DNA of 64,000 nucleotides from Oscillospiraceae bacterium (GCA_009782215.1 WRKO01000003.1:66514-130513), one strand, 5' to 3'. Positions 54,159 to 62,911 are shown, numbered from the stretch's first letter. Notes: generated from the sequence alone by a model not told the origin. Program-made: numbers and translations.

Positions 54159-55619
54159 TCAGGCGGTTTCGATTTCCAGCACGACGGGGAGGTCGGTTTG
54201 CACATTTTTGAATTCGGCGTAAAGGGCGCGGGCGTCCACCGTCCAAGTGAGGGGGCGGTCTTCGTACCCGAGCAGGCGCACGGCGCGGACGACGCCGCCG
54301 AAGGCGTGGCCGTCGCCGTTGAACCCGGCGAGGGCTTTGACGGCGACGCGGCCGGCGGCGGGGCATCGCATCACGGCGGCGTAGATTTTGCCGTTGCGGG
54401 CGGTGAAGCGGAGGTCTTCGTGCGAATAATCCGGGGCGTCCTCGCTGAAGCTCCCGCCGCTGACGTTGGCGCGGCCCTCCATCGCGATTTTCCACGGCGA
54501 CGCGCCGTATATGGCCTCGCCGTTGGCGTCCAGCCAGCGTCCGAGCCGGCGGAGGATGTCCCTGTCCTGTTCGGGCAGCGAGCCGTCGGCCTTGGGGCCG
54601 ACGTTGAGCAGCAGCACGCCGTTTTTGCTCACCACGTCAATGAGGTTGCGGATGATTTCGGCGGCGGGCTTGTAGACGTTCTGCTCGGTGTAGCACCAGC
54701 TATTGCGCGCCGTGGAGGTGCAGGACTGCCACAGATACGGCTTGGCGTCGGCGAAGCCGCCCCGCTCCATCTCGGGAATCCCGCAGCCGAACGGCAGGGC
54801 GTCGTCCTTAAAGGCGATGGCGGGCTGGAAGCCCCATTCGGCGGCGCGGTTGTAGTAATACGCGGCGAAGCGGCGCAGCATCGGCTTAAACGCGGCGTGC
54901 TTGACCCACCAATCGAAGTAAACCATCCTCGGCTTGGCCAGCTCGGTCATTTCCACGCACCGCGCGAACCAGTCCGCGACATACTCGCCCGACGGCGCGG
55001 GCTTGCTGTTGATGTCATGGTTGTGCGCCTCGGGCATAGACGGCCAGTAGAGGTCGTCCCTAGGCGGCTCGGCGGGGATATCGCTCTCAAATTCACGCCC
55101 GTGCCCCAAAAACCACCAATGCTCGGCGCGGTGATTGGACACGGCGCGAACCAGCCCGCGTTTTTCGCAGGCGTCCAGCACCTCGCGCAGCACGTCGCGC
55201 TTGGGACCCATTTCAAAGGCGTTCCAGCGCGACAGCGCGCTTTTGTACATCTGGAAGCCGTCGTGGTGTTCGGCCACCGGCACGACGTATTTCGCCCCCG
55301 CCCCGGCAAACGCCTCCGCCCAGTCCTCCGGGTCAAACCTCTCCGCCGTAAACATCGGGATGAAGTCTTTGTACCCAAAGTCCCTATGCGCCCCGTAGGT
55401 CTTGACATGATGCTCAAACTCATGCCCGCCCTGTATGTACATATTGCGCGGATACCATTCATGCGCGTACGCCGGCACGCTGTAAACGCCCCAATGAACA
55501 AAGACGCCCAGCTTCGCCTCCGACAGCCACGCCGGGGCCCTGAACCCCGCCAGCGACGCCCAGTCGTCCGCATACGGCCCGTTCGCGATGACGGCGTCCG
55601 CCATTTTAAGAAAATCCAT
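54159..55619 (-). CDS. alpha-L-fucosidase (GH29)
   Basis: KLGVFVHWGVYSVPAYAHEWYPRNMY and the downstream GH29 core. The ATG at 55619 has GGAGG at 9-nt spacing; the alternative ATG at 55628 abuts the SD. Confidence 0.85.
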   Translation of the reverse strand: MDFLKMADAVIANGPYADDWASLAGFRAPAWLSEAKLGVFVHWGVYSVPAYAHEWYPRNMYIQGGHEFEHHVKTYGAHRDFGYKDFIPMFTAERFDPEDWAEAFAGAGAKYVVPVAEHHDGFQMYKSALSRWNAFEMGPKRDVLREVLDACEKRGLVRAVSNHRAEHWWFLGHGREFESDIPAEPPRDDLYWPSMPEAHNHDINSKPAPSGEYVADWFARCVEMTELAKPRMVYFDWWVKHAAFKPMLRRFAAYYYNRAAEWGFQPAIAFKDDALPFGCGIPEMERGGFADAKPYLWQSCTSTARNSWCYTEQNVYKPAAEIIRNLIDVVSKNGVLLLNVGPKADGSLPEQDRDILRRLGRWLDANGEAIYGASPWKIAMEGRANVSGGSFSEDAPDYSHEDLRFTARNGKIYAAVMRCPAAGRVAVKALAGFNGDGHAFGGVVRAVRLLGYEDRPLTWTVDARALYAEFKNVQTDLPVVLEIETA

Positions 55620-55819
55620 CCGTATCATCCTCCCCCGCGGACAGTATAGCACAGCCGGCGCCAAATAGCCATACACTGAAACAGAGAAGCCGCGCACGGA
55701 GCCATGATTCAATCTTCGCTCAAAACGCGCTTTTCCCCCGCCCTCCGGCGGGGGAAAAGCAGACGGATTGAACAAAAATCGCACGGAGCGCGGCGAAGCA
55801 TGAAAGGGATGATTTTTGC

Positions 55820-56224
55820 ATGGACAATTACAACCCGATGGGCCTGACGGCCGATTACTCAGACAGGATGGAGCGGCTCTACCCCGAAACCGCCGCCATC
55901 ATCGCGCCCCACGCCCGCGACATGGTGGACGCTCTCAGCGACGACGCGCTGGAAGCCGTCAGCAGCACGGATATCAACCGCATGGCAGGCGAAGCGATGC
56001 GCCGGGGCGGCATGGAGGGCAATCTGCCCCACGGCCACAGCGCGGACTCTCTCGGCGACCTGACCAAGGCGCTGGTCGTCCGCGAGCTGATTGGCCGCCA
56101 TCAGCGCCGGGGATTCGGCGGGCGTTTCCCCTTCGTTTTCCCGTTTTTCCTCTTCCCCTTTGACGGCAGGTTCGACGGGCGCTCCCACGGCTTTGACCAC
56201 CGCGGCTTCGGCCGCCGCATCTAA
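55820..56224 (+). CDS. hypothetical protein with an aromatic/Gly-Arg-rich C-terminus
   Basis: 134-aa ORF with codon usage consistent with the host. C-terminus GFGGRFPFVFPFFLFPFDGRFDGRSHGFDHRGFGRR. No family recognised. Confidence 0.4.
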   Translation: MDNYNPMGLTADYSDRMERLYPETAAIIAPHARDMVDALSDDALEAVSSTDINRMAGEAMRRGGMEGNLPHGHSADSLGDLTKALVVRELIGRHQRRGFGGRFPFVFPFFLFPFDGRFDGRSHGFDHRGFGRRI

Positions 56225-56236
56225 GGCCCGGCAACG

Positions 56237-56268
56237 CCTCCCGTCCCCGCCTAGGCGGGGACGGGAGG
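56237..56268. terminator. perfect 15-bp GC hairpin between convergent genes
   Basis: CCTCCCGTCCCCGCC-TA-GGCGGGGACGGGAGG. No U-tract on either strand. Confidence 0.5.
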
Positions 56269-56288
56269 CTGCGTCATGCCGTAAACGG

Positions 56289-56882
56289 TCAGTGTACCAG
56301 CTCCCGCACCACCGACTCGACGACGCCCAGAACCTTGACCCCGGCGGCGGGAATGGGCTGATAGGCGGGGTTTTCGGCCAGCAGCCAAATCTCGCCGTTT
56401 TCCCTTCTCAGTCGCTTGACGGTGGCCTCCTCGTCCAGCAGCGCGACGACAATCTGCCCGCTGCGGGCGGTGGGCTGCCTGCGCACGACCACGTAGTCCC
56501 CCTCAAGGATGCCAACGCCGTCCATCGAGTCGCCGCGCACCTCCAAGGCGAAGAAATCGCCGTCGCGCGGGGGCTGATAGGCCAGTATCCCGCGGTCCTC
56601 CTCAAACGCGAGGATGGGCGACCCGGCCGTGACCTTCCCTACGATTGGGATGCCGTCGGCGGTAAGGTCGCGCCCCGGCAGGGTGAGCGCGCGGGTTTTG
56701 CGCTTGTCCTTCTGCAGGTAGCCCTTTTCCGTCAGGGCCGTGATATGCGCGTGAACGGTCGAGGGGCTTCGCAGCCCAACAGCCGCTCCAATCTCGCGCA
56801 CGCTGGGCGGATATTTGTGTTCCCGTGTGAATTGCTCGATAAAATCCAGTATTCGCTGCTGTTTTATGGACGCTTTTTTCAT
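56289..56882 (-). CDS. lexA: LexA repressor
   Basis: Trimmed to MKKASIKQQRILDFI... Winged-HTH (PSVREIGAAVGLRSPSTVHAHI) followed by the S24 peptidase (GDSM...VKRL). Confidence 0.9.
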   Translation of the reverse strand: MKKASIKQQRILDFIEQFTREHKYPPSVREIGAAVGLRSPSTVHAHITALTEKGYLQKDKRKTRALTLPGRDLTADGIPIVGKVTAGSPILAFEEDRGILAYQPPRDGDFFALEVRGDSMDGVGILEGDYVVVRRQPTARSGQIVVALLDEEATVKRLRRENGEIWLLAENPAYQPIPAAGVKVLGVVESVVRELVH

Positions 56883-56974
56883 ATCGGTCACTCCTTTTGT
56901 CAAGCGCGGAACCGCGGCAAACCGCGCCCCGTACGCCCTTCTCCCCTATTATAACACATTATTTTACAGTTTGC

Positions 56975-56986
56975 AAACACCTGTTC
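56975..56986. promoter_or_regulatory. candidate LexA (Cheo-type) operator
   Basis: Reverse strand reads GAACAGGTGTTT, one mismatch to GAAC-N4-GTTC. It overlaps the -35 of a TTTGCA, 18 nt, TATAAT promoter upstream of lexA. Confidence 0.5.
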
Positions 56987-57248
56987 AAAATATTTTTTCG
57001 CGCCCCGCCGCACGCATAAAACCCACCCCAATCCGGCAACCCTATCGGAAAGGAGCGTGCATCAAAATGGCGCAGCCGTCCAAAGGGAAAACCTCAAAAG
57101 ATCGGAGCATGAAGCACATCGACGAAGCCGGCGTCCACGTAGTGTCCGCCACCGACTACACCGGCGTCCGCCCCGCCAAACCCAAGGACGGGCGGGAAGC
57201 CTTCAGGAAAAAGTAGGGACGCGAATCCGTTGCTCTTCCCGGTTGAAT

Positions 57249-58544
57249 TCAATCGAGTTCTTTGTATATCGGATTTTTCAGACATATGAAACTGGCCATA
57301 CACCCAATAACGCCGACCATGAAAAACATGACCGCGATACCAGACCCTTTCCCTGCGCCGAAAGCCAATGATAACGCCCGTTGTATTGGCGATATGGTTG
57401 CCATGAAAGGCTCAAACACATGGTCGGCAAGCAGGCCGCCAAGCAGCAGCCCTATCGGGATGGTGCTGTATTGAATGGTATCTCTCGCCGAAAATACACG
57501 TCCCTGCATTTCCACAGGCACTTTTGTACGCATAATGGCCGTCAGGTTGGCGGCTAAAAAGGGTAAGGGCAAATTGCCCGCAAAAGCAAAAAACATCCAA
57601 AGCGGCAGTATTCGCTGAAAACTAAACAAAACGTCACCGAGCAAAAAGGACATCCCGCAAGTGAAAAATATGACCCTTGTCCGGCTTTTTGCCGGTTTTA
57701 TCAGCGTTACAACTACGCTTCCCACGAGCGTACCAATGCCGACCGCCGCTTCAACAAACCCAAGCGAAACTTGATTGCCGTCTGTACGGCCAAGTATCAG
57801 CGCGGGCAGTATGCCGTAACTGCCCATTTTGGCGATGAAATTGATAAACGCGAAAAACAGGATAACGCGAAGCAATGCTGAATGTTCTCTTAAAAAATGG
57901 ATACCTGCCAAACAGCTTTTTAAGAAAGATTCTTTTGCTTTTTCCGTTATCGCCGTAATCTTTGGGATTTTGATATACAAAAGCAGGATTGTGAACGCAA
58001 TCGCGAAAGCGGCGAGGTCAACAATCAAAACCATTTTCAATCCGCCAAACGCGAGAATCGCGCTCCCTAGCGCGGGGGCTAAAATGGTCACAGCAGAGCC
58101 GGAAAAAGCCTGTAAGCCGCTCACGCGGACATAGTGTTCTTCCGGCACCAGCAGAGTTGTCGCCACATAGGACGCAGGCCCTTGAAAAGCGTTCATGAAG
58201 CTGAGTAAAAAGTTTATGATGTACAGGTGCCAGATTTGCAGATTGTTCGTGAGATACAGCGCCAATATGGCCGCTGTTCCAAGTGCCGCCATCATGTCGG
58301 AAAGCAGCATAATCCGCTTCTTGTCCCAACGGTCGGCAAGCGTTCCCGCGATGAAGCTGAACATAATAGAGGGGACAAGTGAGCAGATGGACAACAGCGT
58401 AATGCTTGACGCCGTGCCTTTTTGAGTGTAGACCCAAACGATAAGCGCAAAACTTGTCATAGCCGTGCCAAGTCTTGATACAATTTGAGAACTCCAAAGA
58501 ATCAAAAAATCCCGAAGTCCAGAAAACATACTTGATTTATTCAT
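57249..58544 (-). CDS. MFS transporter (MFS_3 / macrolide-efflux-like)
   Basis: 431 aa with about 12 TM segments. The N-terminus FRDFLILWSSQIVSRLGTAMTSFAL is typical of the Mef/EntS-like subfamily. Confidence 0.85.
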   Translation of the reverse strand: MNKSSMFSGLRDFLILWSSQIVSRLGTAMTSFALIVWVYTQKGTASSITLLSICSLVPSIMFSFIAGTLADRWDKKRIMLLSDMMAALGTAAILALYLTNNLQIWHLYIINFLLSFMNAFQGPASYVATTLLVPEEHYVRVSGLQAFSGSAVTILAPALGSAILAFGGLKMVLIVDLAAFAIAFTILLLYIKIPKITAITEKAKESFLKSCLAGIHFLREHSALLRVILFFAFINFIAKMGSYGILPALILGRTDGNQVSLGFVEAAVGIGTLVGSVVVTLIKPAKSRTRVIFFTCGMSFLLGDVLFSFQRILPLWMFFAFAGNLPLPFLAANLTAIMRTKVPVEMQGRVFSARDTIQYSTIPIGLLLGGLLADHVFEPFMATISPIQRALSLAFGAGKGSGIAVMFFMVGVIGCMASFICLKNPIYKELD

Positions 58545-58639
58545 GGCTTTGCTCCTTTAATTCTTATTATGGAATCAAAATGCAAAGCCCGATTCGGACG
58601 GCAGTATCCGCTGCCGCTCCATGCAATCTCCGTCCGTTA

Positions 58640-58678
58640 TCAGACCCTGCATGGAGCATAAACAATGGCAAGAATCAC
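58640..58678 (-). other. candidate 12-codon leader ORF (MILAIVYAPCRV) upstream of the MFS gene
   Basis: GTG start 8 nt after GGAGGTGA. Double stop TGA TAA. Immediately followed by mutually exclusive hairpin arms. Confidence 0.3.
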
Positions 58679-58713
58679 AAAAGTCACCTCCAAAATGATG
58701 TGTTCCCACGTTG

Positions 58714-58733
58714 GGACGCCATATATGGCGTCC
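58714..58733. repeat. 20-bp perfect palindrome GGACGCCATATATGGCGTCC
   Basis: Shares the GGAC-N3-ATATAT-N3-GTCC architecture with 58768..58787. Confidence 0.8.
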
Positions 58734-58767
58734 GCAAAACGTAACCGTAAGCATACGTGTCCTATTC

Positions 58768-58787
58768 GGACACGATATATCGTGTCC
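58768..58787. repeat. 20-bp perfect palindrome GGACACGATATATCGTGTCC
   Basis: Begins 3 nt after the stop of the upstream gene. An extra CGTGTCC at 58756-58762 allows an alternative hairpin. Confidence 0.8.
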
Positions 58788-58790
58788 CTA

Positions 58791-59906
58791 CTAAAACCGG
58801 CTCCGGCCCACGGACGCGGTGGCGCGGGCGGCGTCTGCGGCTGTGATTTGGCCGATGGCGGTCAGATGGTCGAGGACGCGGACGCCGTTTTTATAGTGCG
58901 CGAACAGGCTGTAATAGGTCATATACATCATCGCGTCGCGGGTGAATTCCTCGCTTTGCAGGATATCCATTTCGCGTTGGGTAAATACGCCAAGCCTGAC
59001 CGCGTCGCTGACGGAGGTGGCGTATGTGACGTCGGTTCCGTCTTGATAGCCGAGCGCTTTAAGCAGGATAAAGGCCAACTGCTGCACCGAGCCGGGGTCG
59101 TCGGGGGAGAAGCGGTTGTTTCCGGTTCCGGCGGTGTGGTTGTTGTCGTAGAGGTAGGCAAGATATGAATCAAACCATTCGGGCGAGTCGGTGAACGGGT
59201 GGTTTCCGGCCGCCGAGGACGCCTCGTCCTTGACGCCGAGGATGGTGACGAAGATGATAAACATTTCTGTGCGCATGGTGACGCGGGACAGCTCATAGGT
59301 GTTGATGACGCCCATCGTCATCAACGCTTCGCACAAATCCGCGTACATCGGCACATACGGCAGCGTGACGCGGTAAGCGCCCTGAATGAGGACGGAAGCG
59401 TCCGCCGTCACTCGCACAGTGCTTTCCCCGCTCAGGCCAATGTAGCGTCTTCGTTCCCTCAACGCCCCGCCCGCCTCGGCTTCCTGTCCGGCAAAGCTGT
59501 CAATCAGCACGCCGCCCCGGTGCGCCGCGGAGCCGGAAAGCAGGGCGACGGACGCGCCCTGCCCCAGCGTCAGGGTCGTCCCTGCCGCCATTCTCACGGC
59601 GGTGTTTGTCCCGGTCTGATTGAGACGCGAGAGAAGCTTGCGCGTCAGGGCGTCTTCGTTGAGCGGCACGCCCCCGCCGCCGTCCAGCAGGGCGTATATG
59701 TCGGCAAGGACGCCGCTCATCCGCCGTTCGGCGGCAAGGGACGCCCGGAGCCGCACCGAGGGCAGAAATTCATCTTCAAGATAGCGGAGGGTGATGACCG
59801 GGTTTTCAGCCGTTCCGGGCGTCGCCCGCGCAGGCGAAGACGCCCCGCTCCCGCTGACAAGCAGCAGCGCCAGCGAAAGCAGCACGCACGACACCCGCGT
59901 TTTCAT
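58791..59906 (-). CDS. secreted protein with SLH-like C-terminal repeats
   Basis: Signal peptide MKTRVSCVLLSLALLLVSGSGASSPARA. C-terminal segments such as FTDSPEWFDSYLAYLYDNNHTAGTGNNRFSPDDPGSVQQLAFILLKALGY fit the SLH pattern loosely. Confidence 0.6.
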   Translation of the reverse strand: MKTRVSCVLLSLALLLVSGSGASSPARATPGTAENPVITLRYLEDEFLPSVRLRASLAAERRMSGVLADIYALLDGGGGVPLNEDALTRKLLSRLNQTGTNTAVRMAAGTTLTLGQGASVALLSGSAAHRGGVLIDSFAGQEAEAGGALRERRRYIGLSGESTVRVTADASVLIQGAYRVTLPYVPMYADLCEALMTMGVINTYELSRVTMRTEMFIIFVTILGVKDEASSAAGNHPFTDSPEWFDSYLAYLYDNNHTAGTGNNRFSPDDPGSVQQLAFILLKALGYQDGTDVTYATSVSDAVRLGVFTQREMDILQSEEFTRDAMMYMTYYSLFAHYKNGVRVLDHLTAIGQITAADAARATASVGRSRF

Positions 59907-61063
59907 TATATCCGCACCTTTTCAACCGTTTCCAGCACATACTCCGCAAACGCCGCCCCGGTACTGCCCGTGTCCCTCCCGGTGACGGTCACGCGGCGTT
60001 CTTCCAAGGCGCAGACGTCCAGCGCCCGCTCCAGCAGCTTGGCCTTCTCCGCCTGTCCGATATGCTCCAGCAGCAAAACCGAGGCCCGCAACAGCGAAGT
60101 CGGGTCGGCGTATTGCGCGCGCCCTTCCTCCACCATGCGCGGCGCGGAGCCGTGGATCGCCTCGAACATGGCGTAGCGCCCGCCGATGTTGGCGGAGCCG
60201 GCTGTGCCCACGCCGCCCTGCAATTCAGCGGCTTCGTCGGTGAGGATGTCGCCGTACAGGTTGGGCAGAACAAAAACGGAGAAGTCACGGCGGCGCTTTT
60301 CATCCAGCAGCTTTGCGGTCATAATGTCAATATACCAGTCGTCAAAGGCGATTCCGGGGTATTCCAGAGCGATTTCCTTGGCAATGGAGAGAAACTTGCC
60401 GTCGGTGGCCTTGATGACGTTGGCTTTGGTTACGGCGGTGACGCGCTTGCGCCCCGTCTTTTCGGCGTATTCAAACGCTTGGCGGACAATGCGCTCCGTA
60501 CCGCCGTTGGTGGTGACGGTGAAGTCCACCGCCAAATCGGGCGTGACATGGACGCCTTGGCTCCCGACCGCGTACGCGCCCTCAGTATTCTCGCGGAAAA
60601 ACACCCAGTCGATGCCCCGCTCGGGAACCTTGACCGGGCGGACGTTAGCGAAAAGATCCAGTTCCTTGCGCATGGCGACGTTGGCGGACTCGATGTTCGG
60701 CCACGGGTCGCCCGCGCGGGGGGTTGTGGTGGGGCCTTTGAGGATGACGTCACAGGCTTTTAGCTCCGCCAGCACATCGTCCGGTATGGCTTTGCCGCAA
60801 GCCGCCCGCCGCTCAATGGTCAACCCGCCTATATCGCGGAATTCAACCGCCTCGCCTTGCAAAAGGCTTTCCAGCACCGCGCGCGCCGCGCTTGTAATCG
60901 ACGGGCCGATACCGTCGCCGCCGCAGACGCCTATAACCGGCGTATGCGCCCCGGCGCGCCCGGCAAGCCTTTTCTGCGCCGCCATATCGTCTATTCGTTT
61001 CAACTGCCCTTCGAGCAGCGCGGCGAATCGCTCCGCCGCCGCTTGGATACGCGGATCCATCAC
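59906..61063 (-). CDS. isocitrate/isopropylmalate dehydrogenase-family enzyme
   Basis: VIGVCGGDGIGPSIT, NLYGDILTDEAAELQGGVG and related family motifs, with an N-terminal extension of about 40 aa. TAATG and ATGA overlaps with its neighbours. Confidence 0.8.
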   Translation of the reverse strand: MMDPRIQAAAERFAALLEGQLKRIDDMAAQKRLAGRAGAHTPVIGVCGGDGIGPSITSAARAVLESLLQGEAVEFRDIGGLTIERRAACGKAIPDDVLAELKACDVILKGPTTTPRAGDPWPNIESANVAMRKELDLFANVRPVKVPERGIDWVFFRENTEGAYAVGSQGVHVTPDLAVDFTVTTNGGTERIVRQAFEYAEKTGRKRVTAVTKANVIKATDGKFLSIAKEIALEYPGIAFDDWYIDIMTAKLLDEKRRRDFSVFVLPNLYGDILTDEAAELQGGVGTAGSANIGGRYAMFEAIHGSAPRMVEEGRAQYADPTSLLRASVLLLEHIGQAEKAKLLERALDVCALEERRVTVTGRDTGSTGAAFAEYVLETVEKVRI

Positions 61064-61563
61064 TTTGCCCTCCCCAGCGACAGCTTCTCGGCCAGCCCCG
61101 CCTTCTCCAGCGCGTATGTCAGCGGGACGCCCAAGCCGAAACAGACGGTCACCTGCCCTATGCCGACGGTCAGGACGCCGAAAGGAATATATGCCGCATT
61201 TTCAAACATCAGGCTGAGGTAAGCGCCGACGACAAGCGCGTTTATGGCTACCGGCGGCACGGCCGCCAGCCAGCGGTTTTTGATCCGCGACGTGAGAAGC
61301 GCGGCGGAAAGCGTCGCCAAAGAGCCGAATATCCAGTCAACCGGCCCCAGCCCCCCGAACAGCAGATTGCTCAAAAAGCATCCGGCAAACAAGCCCGGTA
61401 TCGCCGCCGGAAAGATAAACGGCAGTAGCGTCAGCGCTTCCGCCGCCCGGAACTGCAAAAGCCCGAACGACGTTGGAATGGTGACCGTCACCAAGGCGAT
61501 ATACATCGCGGCGACGAGTCCGGCAAACGCCGTTTTGCGGATAAATTGATTCTGTTGTTGCAT
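61060..61563 (-). CDS. queT: queuosine-precursor transporter QueT
   Basis: Trimmed to MQQQNQFIRKTAFAGLVAAMYIALV.. after AAGGAGG. LQFRAAEALTLLP and GSLATLSAALLT match the QueT family. Confidence 0.8.
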   Translation of the reverse strand: MQQQNQFIRKTAFAGLVAAMYIALVTVTIPTSFGLLQFRAAEALTLLPFIFPAAIPGLFAGCFLSNLLFGGLGPVDWIFGSLATLSAALLTSRIKNRWLAAVPPVAINALVVGAYLSLMFENAAYIPFGVLTVGIGQVTVCFGLGVPLTYALEKAGLAEKLSLGRAK

Positions 61564-61647
61564 AGGGAAAACCTCCTTGTTATTTTGATTGCTCAATGAT
61601 TGCGCCGTAGATGGGTCTTCGTATGCGCGGGAGTTCGCTTTGCGGAT

Positions 61648-61676
61648 ATTATACCATGCCCCCCGCCGGATATCAA
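61648..61676 (-). promoter_or_regulatory. promoter of the queT operon
   Basis: Reverse strand reads TTGATA, 17 nt, TATAAT, with TGn. This leaves a leader of about 78 nt. Confidence 0.55.
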
Positions 61677-61751
61677 CGCAAATATTTGTCCAACATCCCT
61701 CGTCCCGCGCTTTCAGTCCCTCCGCGATATCAAGCCTGCCGACTGAAAACG

Positions 61752-61773
61752 GCGGCGGGGTAAATCCCGCCGC
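61752..61773. terminator. bidirectional rho-independent terminator
   Basis: GCGGCGGG-GTAAAT-CCCGCCGC, flanked by a T-run on the plus side (GCTTTGTT) and TTTTCAG on the minus side. Confidence 0.6.
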
Positions 61774-61887
61774 GCTTTGTTGGTGATGTGGGGTTTGTTG
61801 TTAAGGGCGCAAAGGAATCGAACTCGAAGAACCTTAATCCCCAATTTTATTTAATCTTTCGTTCGCAGTAGGGTTAATAGCCTTGTA

Positions 61888-62487
61888 TTATTCCCATCTA
61901 AATTCGGGGTCATTCTTTTTCAAACCTTTTGGTATCTTGTCTGTTCCCTTTTTATATTGTGTTATTCCAATAATTAACCCTAATAGGGAAAAAGAAACGA
62001 GAATTGAAACGGGTAAATACTTTAAATATTCAATATCATTTGTAAAATAAGAAATTACAAGCATTAGCAAAAAGCCAAATACTAAACCGCCTGCCGACCA
62101 ATTTATTAATGTCTGTGTTGAGCGGCTATCCCATGATTGCTTTTTATTGCAAAACGGACATATCCCAAGAAGATTATTCCATATTTTCCCACCCGCGCCT
62201 TCTTCATATACCCCCGCCGCTTCTTTCATCATCGAAATATAATTTTTTACTTCAGCATATGATTTTATTTTCTCATAGCCTATTTGTAATTTTTTATTTG
62301 CTTCATCTTGTAAAGCCGTTGTTTCTTCGGGAGTTAATGATATGGTAGACGTGCTTTTCCTCAAACATGCTGAACGGGTAACCATTTCTGATTTCCAATC
62401 AGTTGTTTTTCCGCAATGTTCACAAATAAAACGATAATAAAAATTACGACTTGCGGAAACGGAAAACTCTTTATAATGGCTTGACAT
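61888..62487 (-). CDS. hypothetical Zn-ribbon membrane protein
   Basis: AT-rich ORF with CEHCG...CPFC Cys pairs and two C-terminal TM helices. Start at M6 of the ORF-track entry or at 62502. Confidence 0.5.
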   Translation of the reverse strand: MSSHYKEFSVSASRNFYYRFICEHCGKTTDWKSEMVTRSACLRKSTSTISLTPEETTALQDEANKKLQIGYEKIKSYAEVKNYISMMKEAAGVYEEGAGGKIWNNLLGICPFCNKKQSWDSRSTQTLINWSAGGLVFGFLLMLVISYFTNDIEYLKYLPVSILVSFSLLGLIIGITQYKKGTDKIPKGLKKNDPEFRWE

Positions 62488-62911
62488 ATATGCTCCTTTC
62501 AAAATTATCCAAATCTCTAAGATTTATATCATCATATTTTTTGAGCATTTCATTATTATAAAAAACCTCTATGTTCCCGGACGCATCTCCAAAATAATCA
62601 ACACCTCTATACGCCTTAAACGAATACCCTAATTTTATCCATTCTTCGTGGGGCAGAATACGAAACCATTTCCAAAAACCCAACGGCGGTATGCTTCTGA
62701 CTACAGCATTGGCGGAAGTAATAAACTTATCGTCTTTTGAAGTGCTTAAATCGCGCAATATGTTAAAATCAAGTTCCCTTTCATCTTCGTTTACATTGCT
62801 ATAACTTTCAGGCGAAATACTGCCGCACTCTTTACATCTGCTTCCCCTGTCCGAAGAATAAGCTCCATAGTGGCGACAGCCGCACTTACAAACCCAGTTC
62901 ATAATTTTCAC
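62471..62911 (-). CDS. hypothetical Zn-ribbon protein
   Basis: 146 aa. CKCGC...CKECG N-terminal Cys cluster. SD GAGGTG. Confidence 0.5.
   Translation of the reverse strand: MKIMNWVCKCGCRHYGAYSSDRGSRCKECGSISPESYSNVNEDERELDFNILRDLSTSKDDKFITSANAVVRSIPPLGFWKWFRILPHEEWIKLGYSFKAYRGVDYFGDASGNIEVFYNNEMLKKYDDINLRDLDNFERSIYVKPL

Noticed and set aside
54057-55649. 530-aa ORF on the plus strand
   Set aside because: It is antisense to the GH29 fucosidase gene, whose motifs are unambiguous, and its translation is Arg/Gly/Ala/Pro-rich. The long antisense ORFs at 9867..11093, 15899..16909, 40955..42286, 47480..48709, 50741..51817 and 60186..61217 are rejected on the same grounds.
61815-61824. GGAATCGAAC, the reverse complement of a tRNA T-loop-like GTTCGATTCC, at the edge of the AT-rich block (possible tRNA or att remnant)
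   Set aside because: The flanking bases cannot form a T-stem, acceptor stem or anticodon arm on either strand. No second copy is present at the other end of the block.
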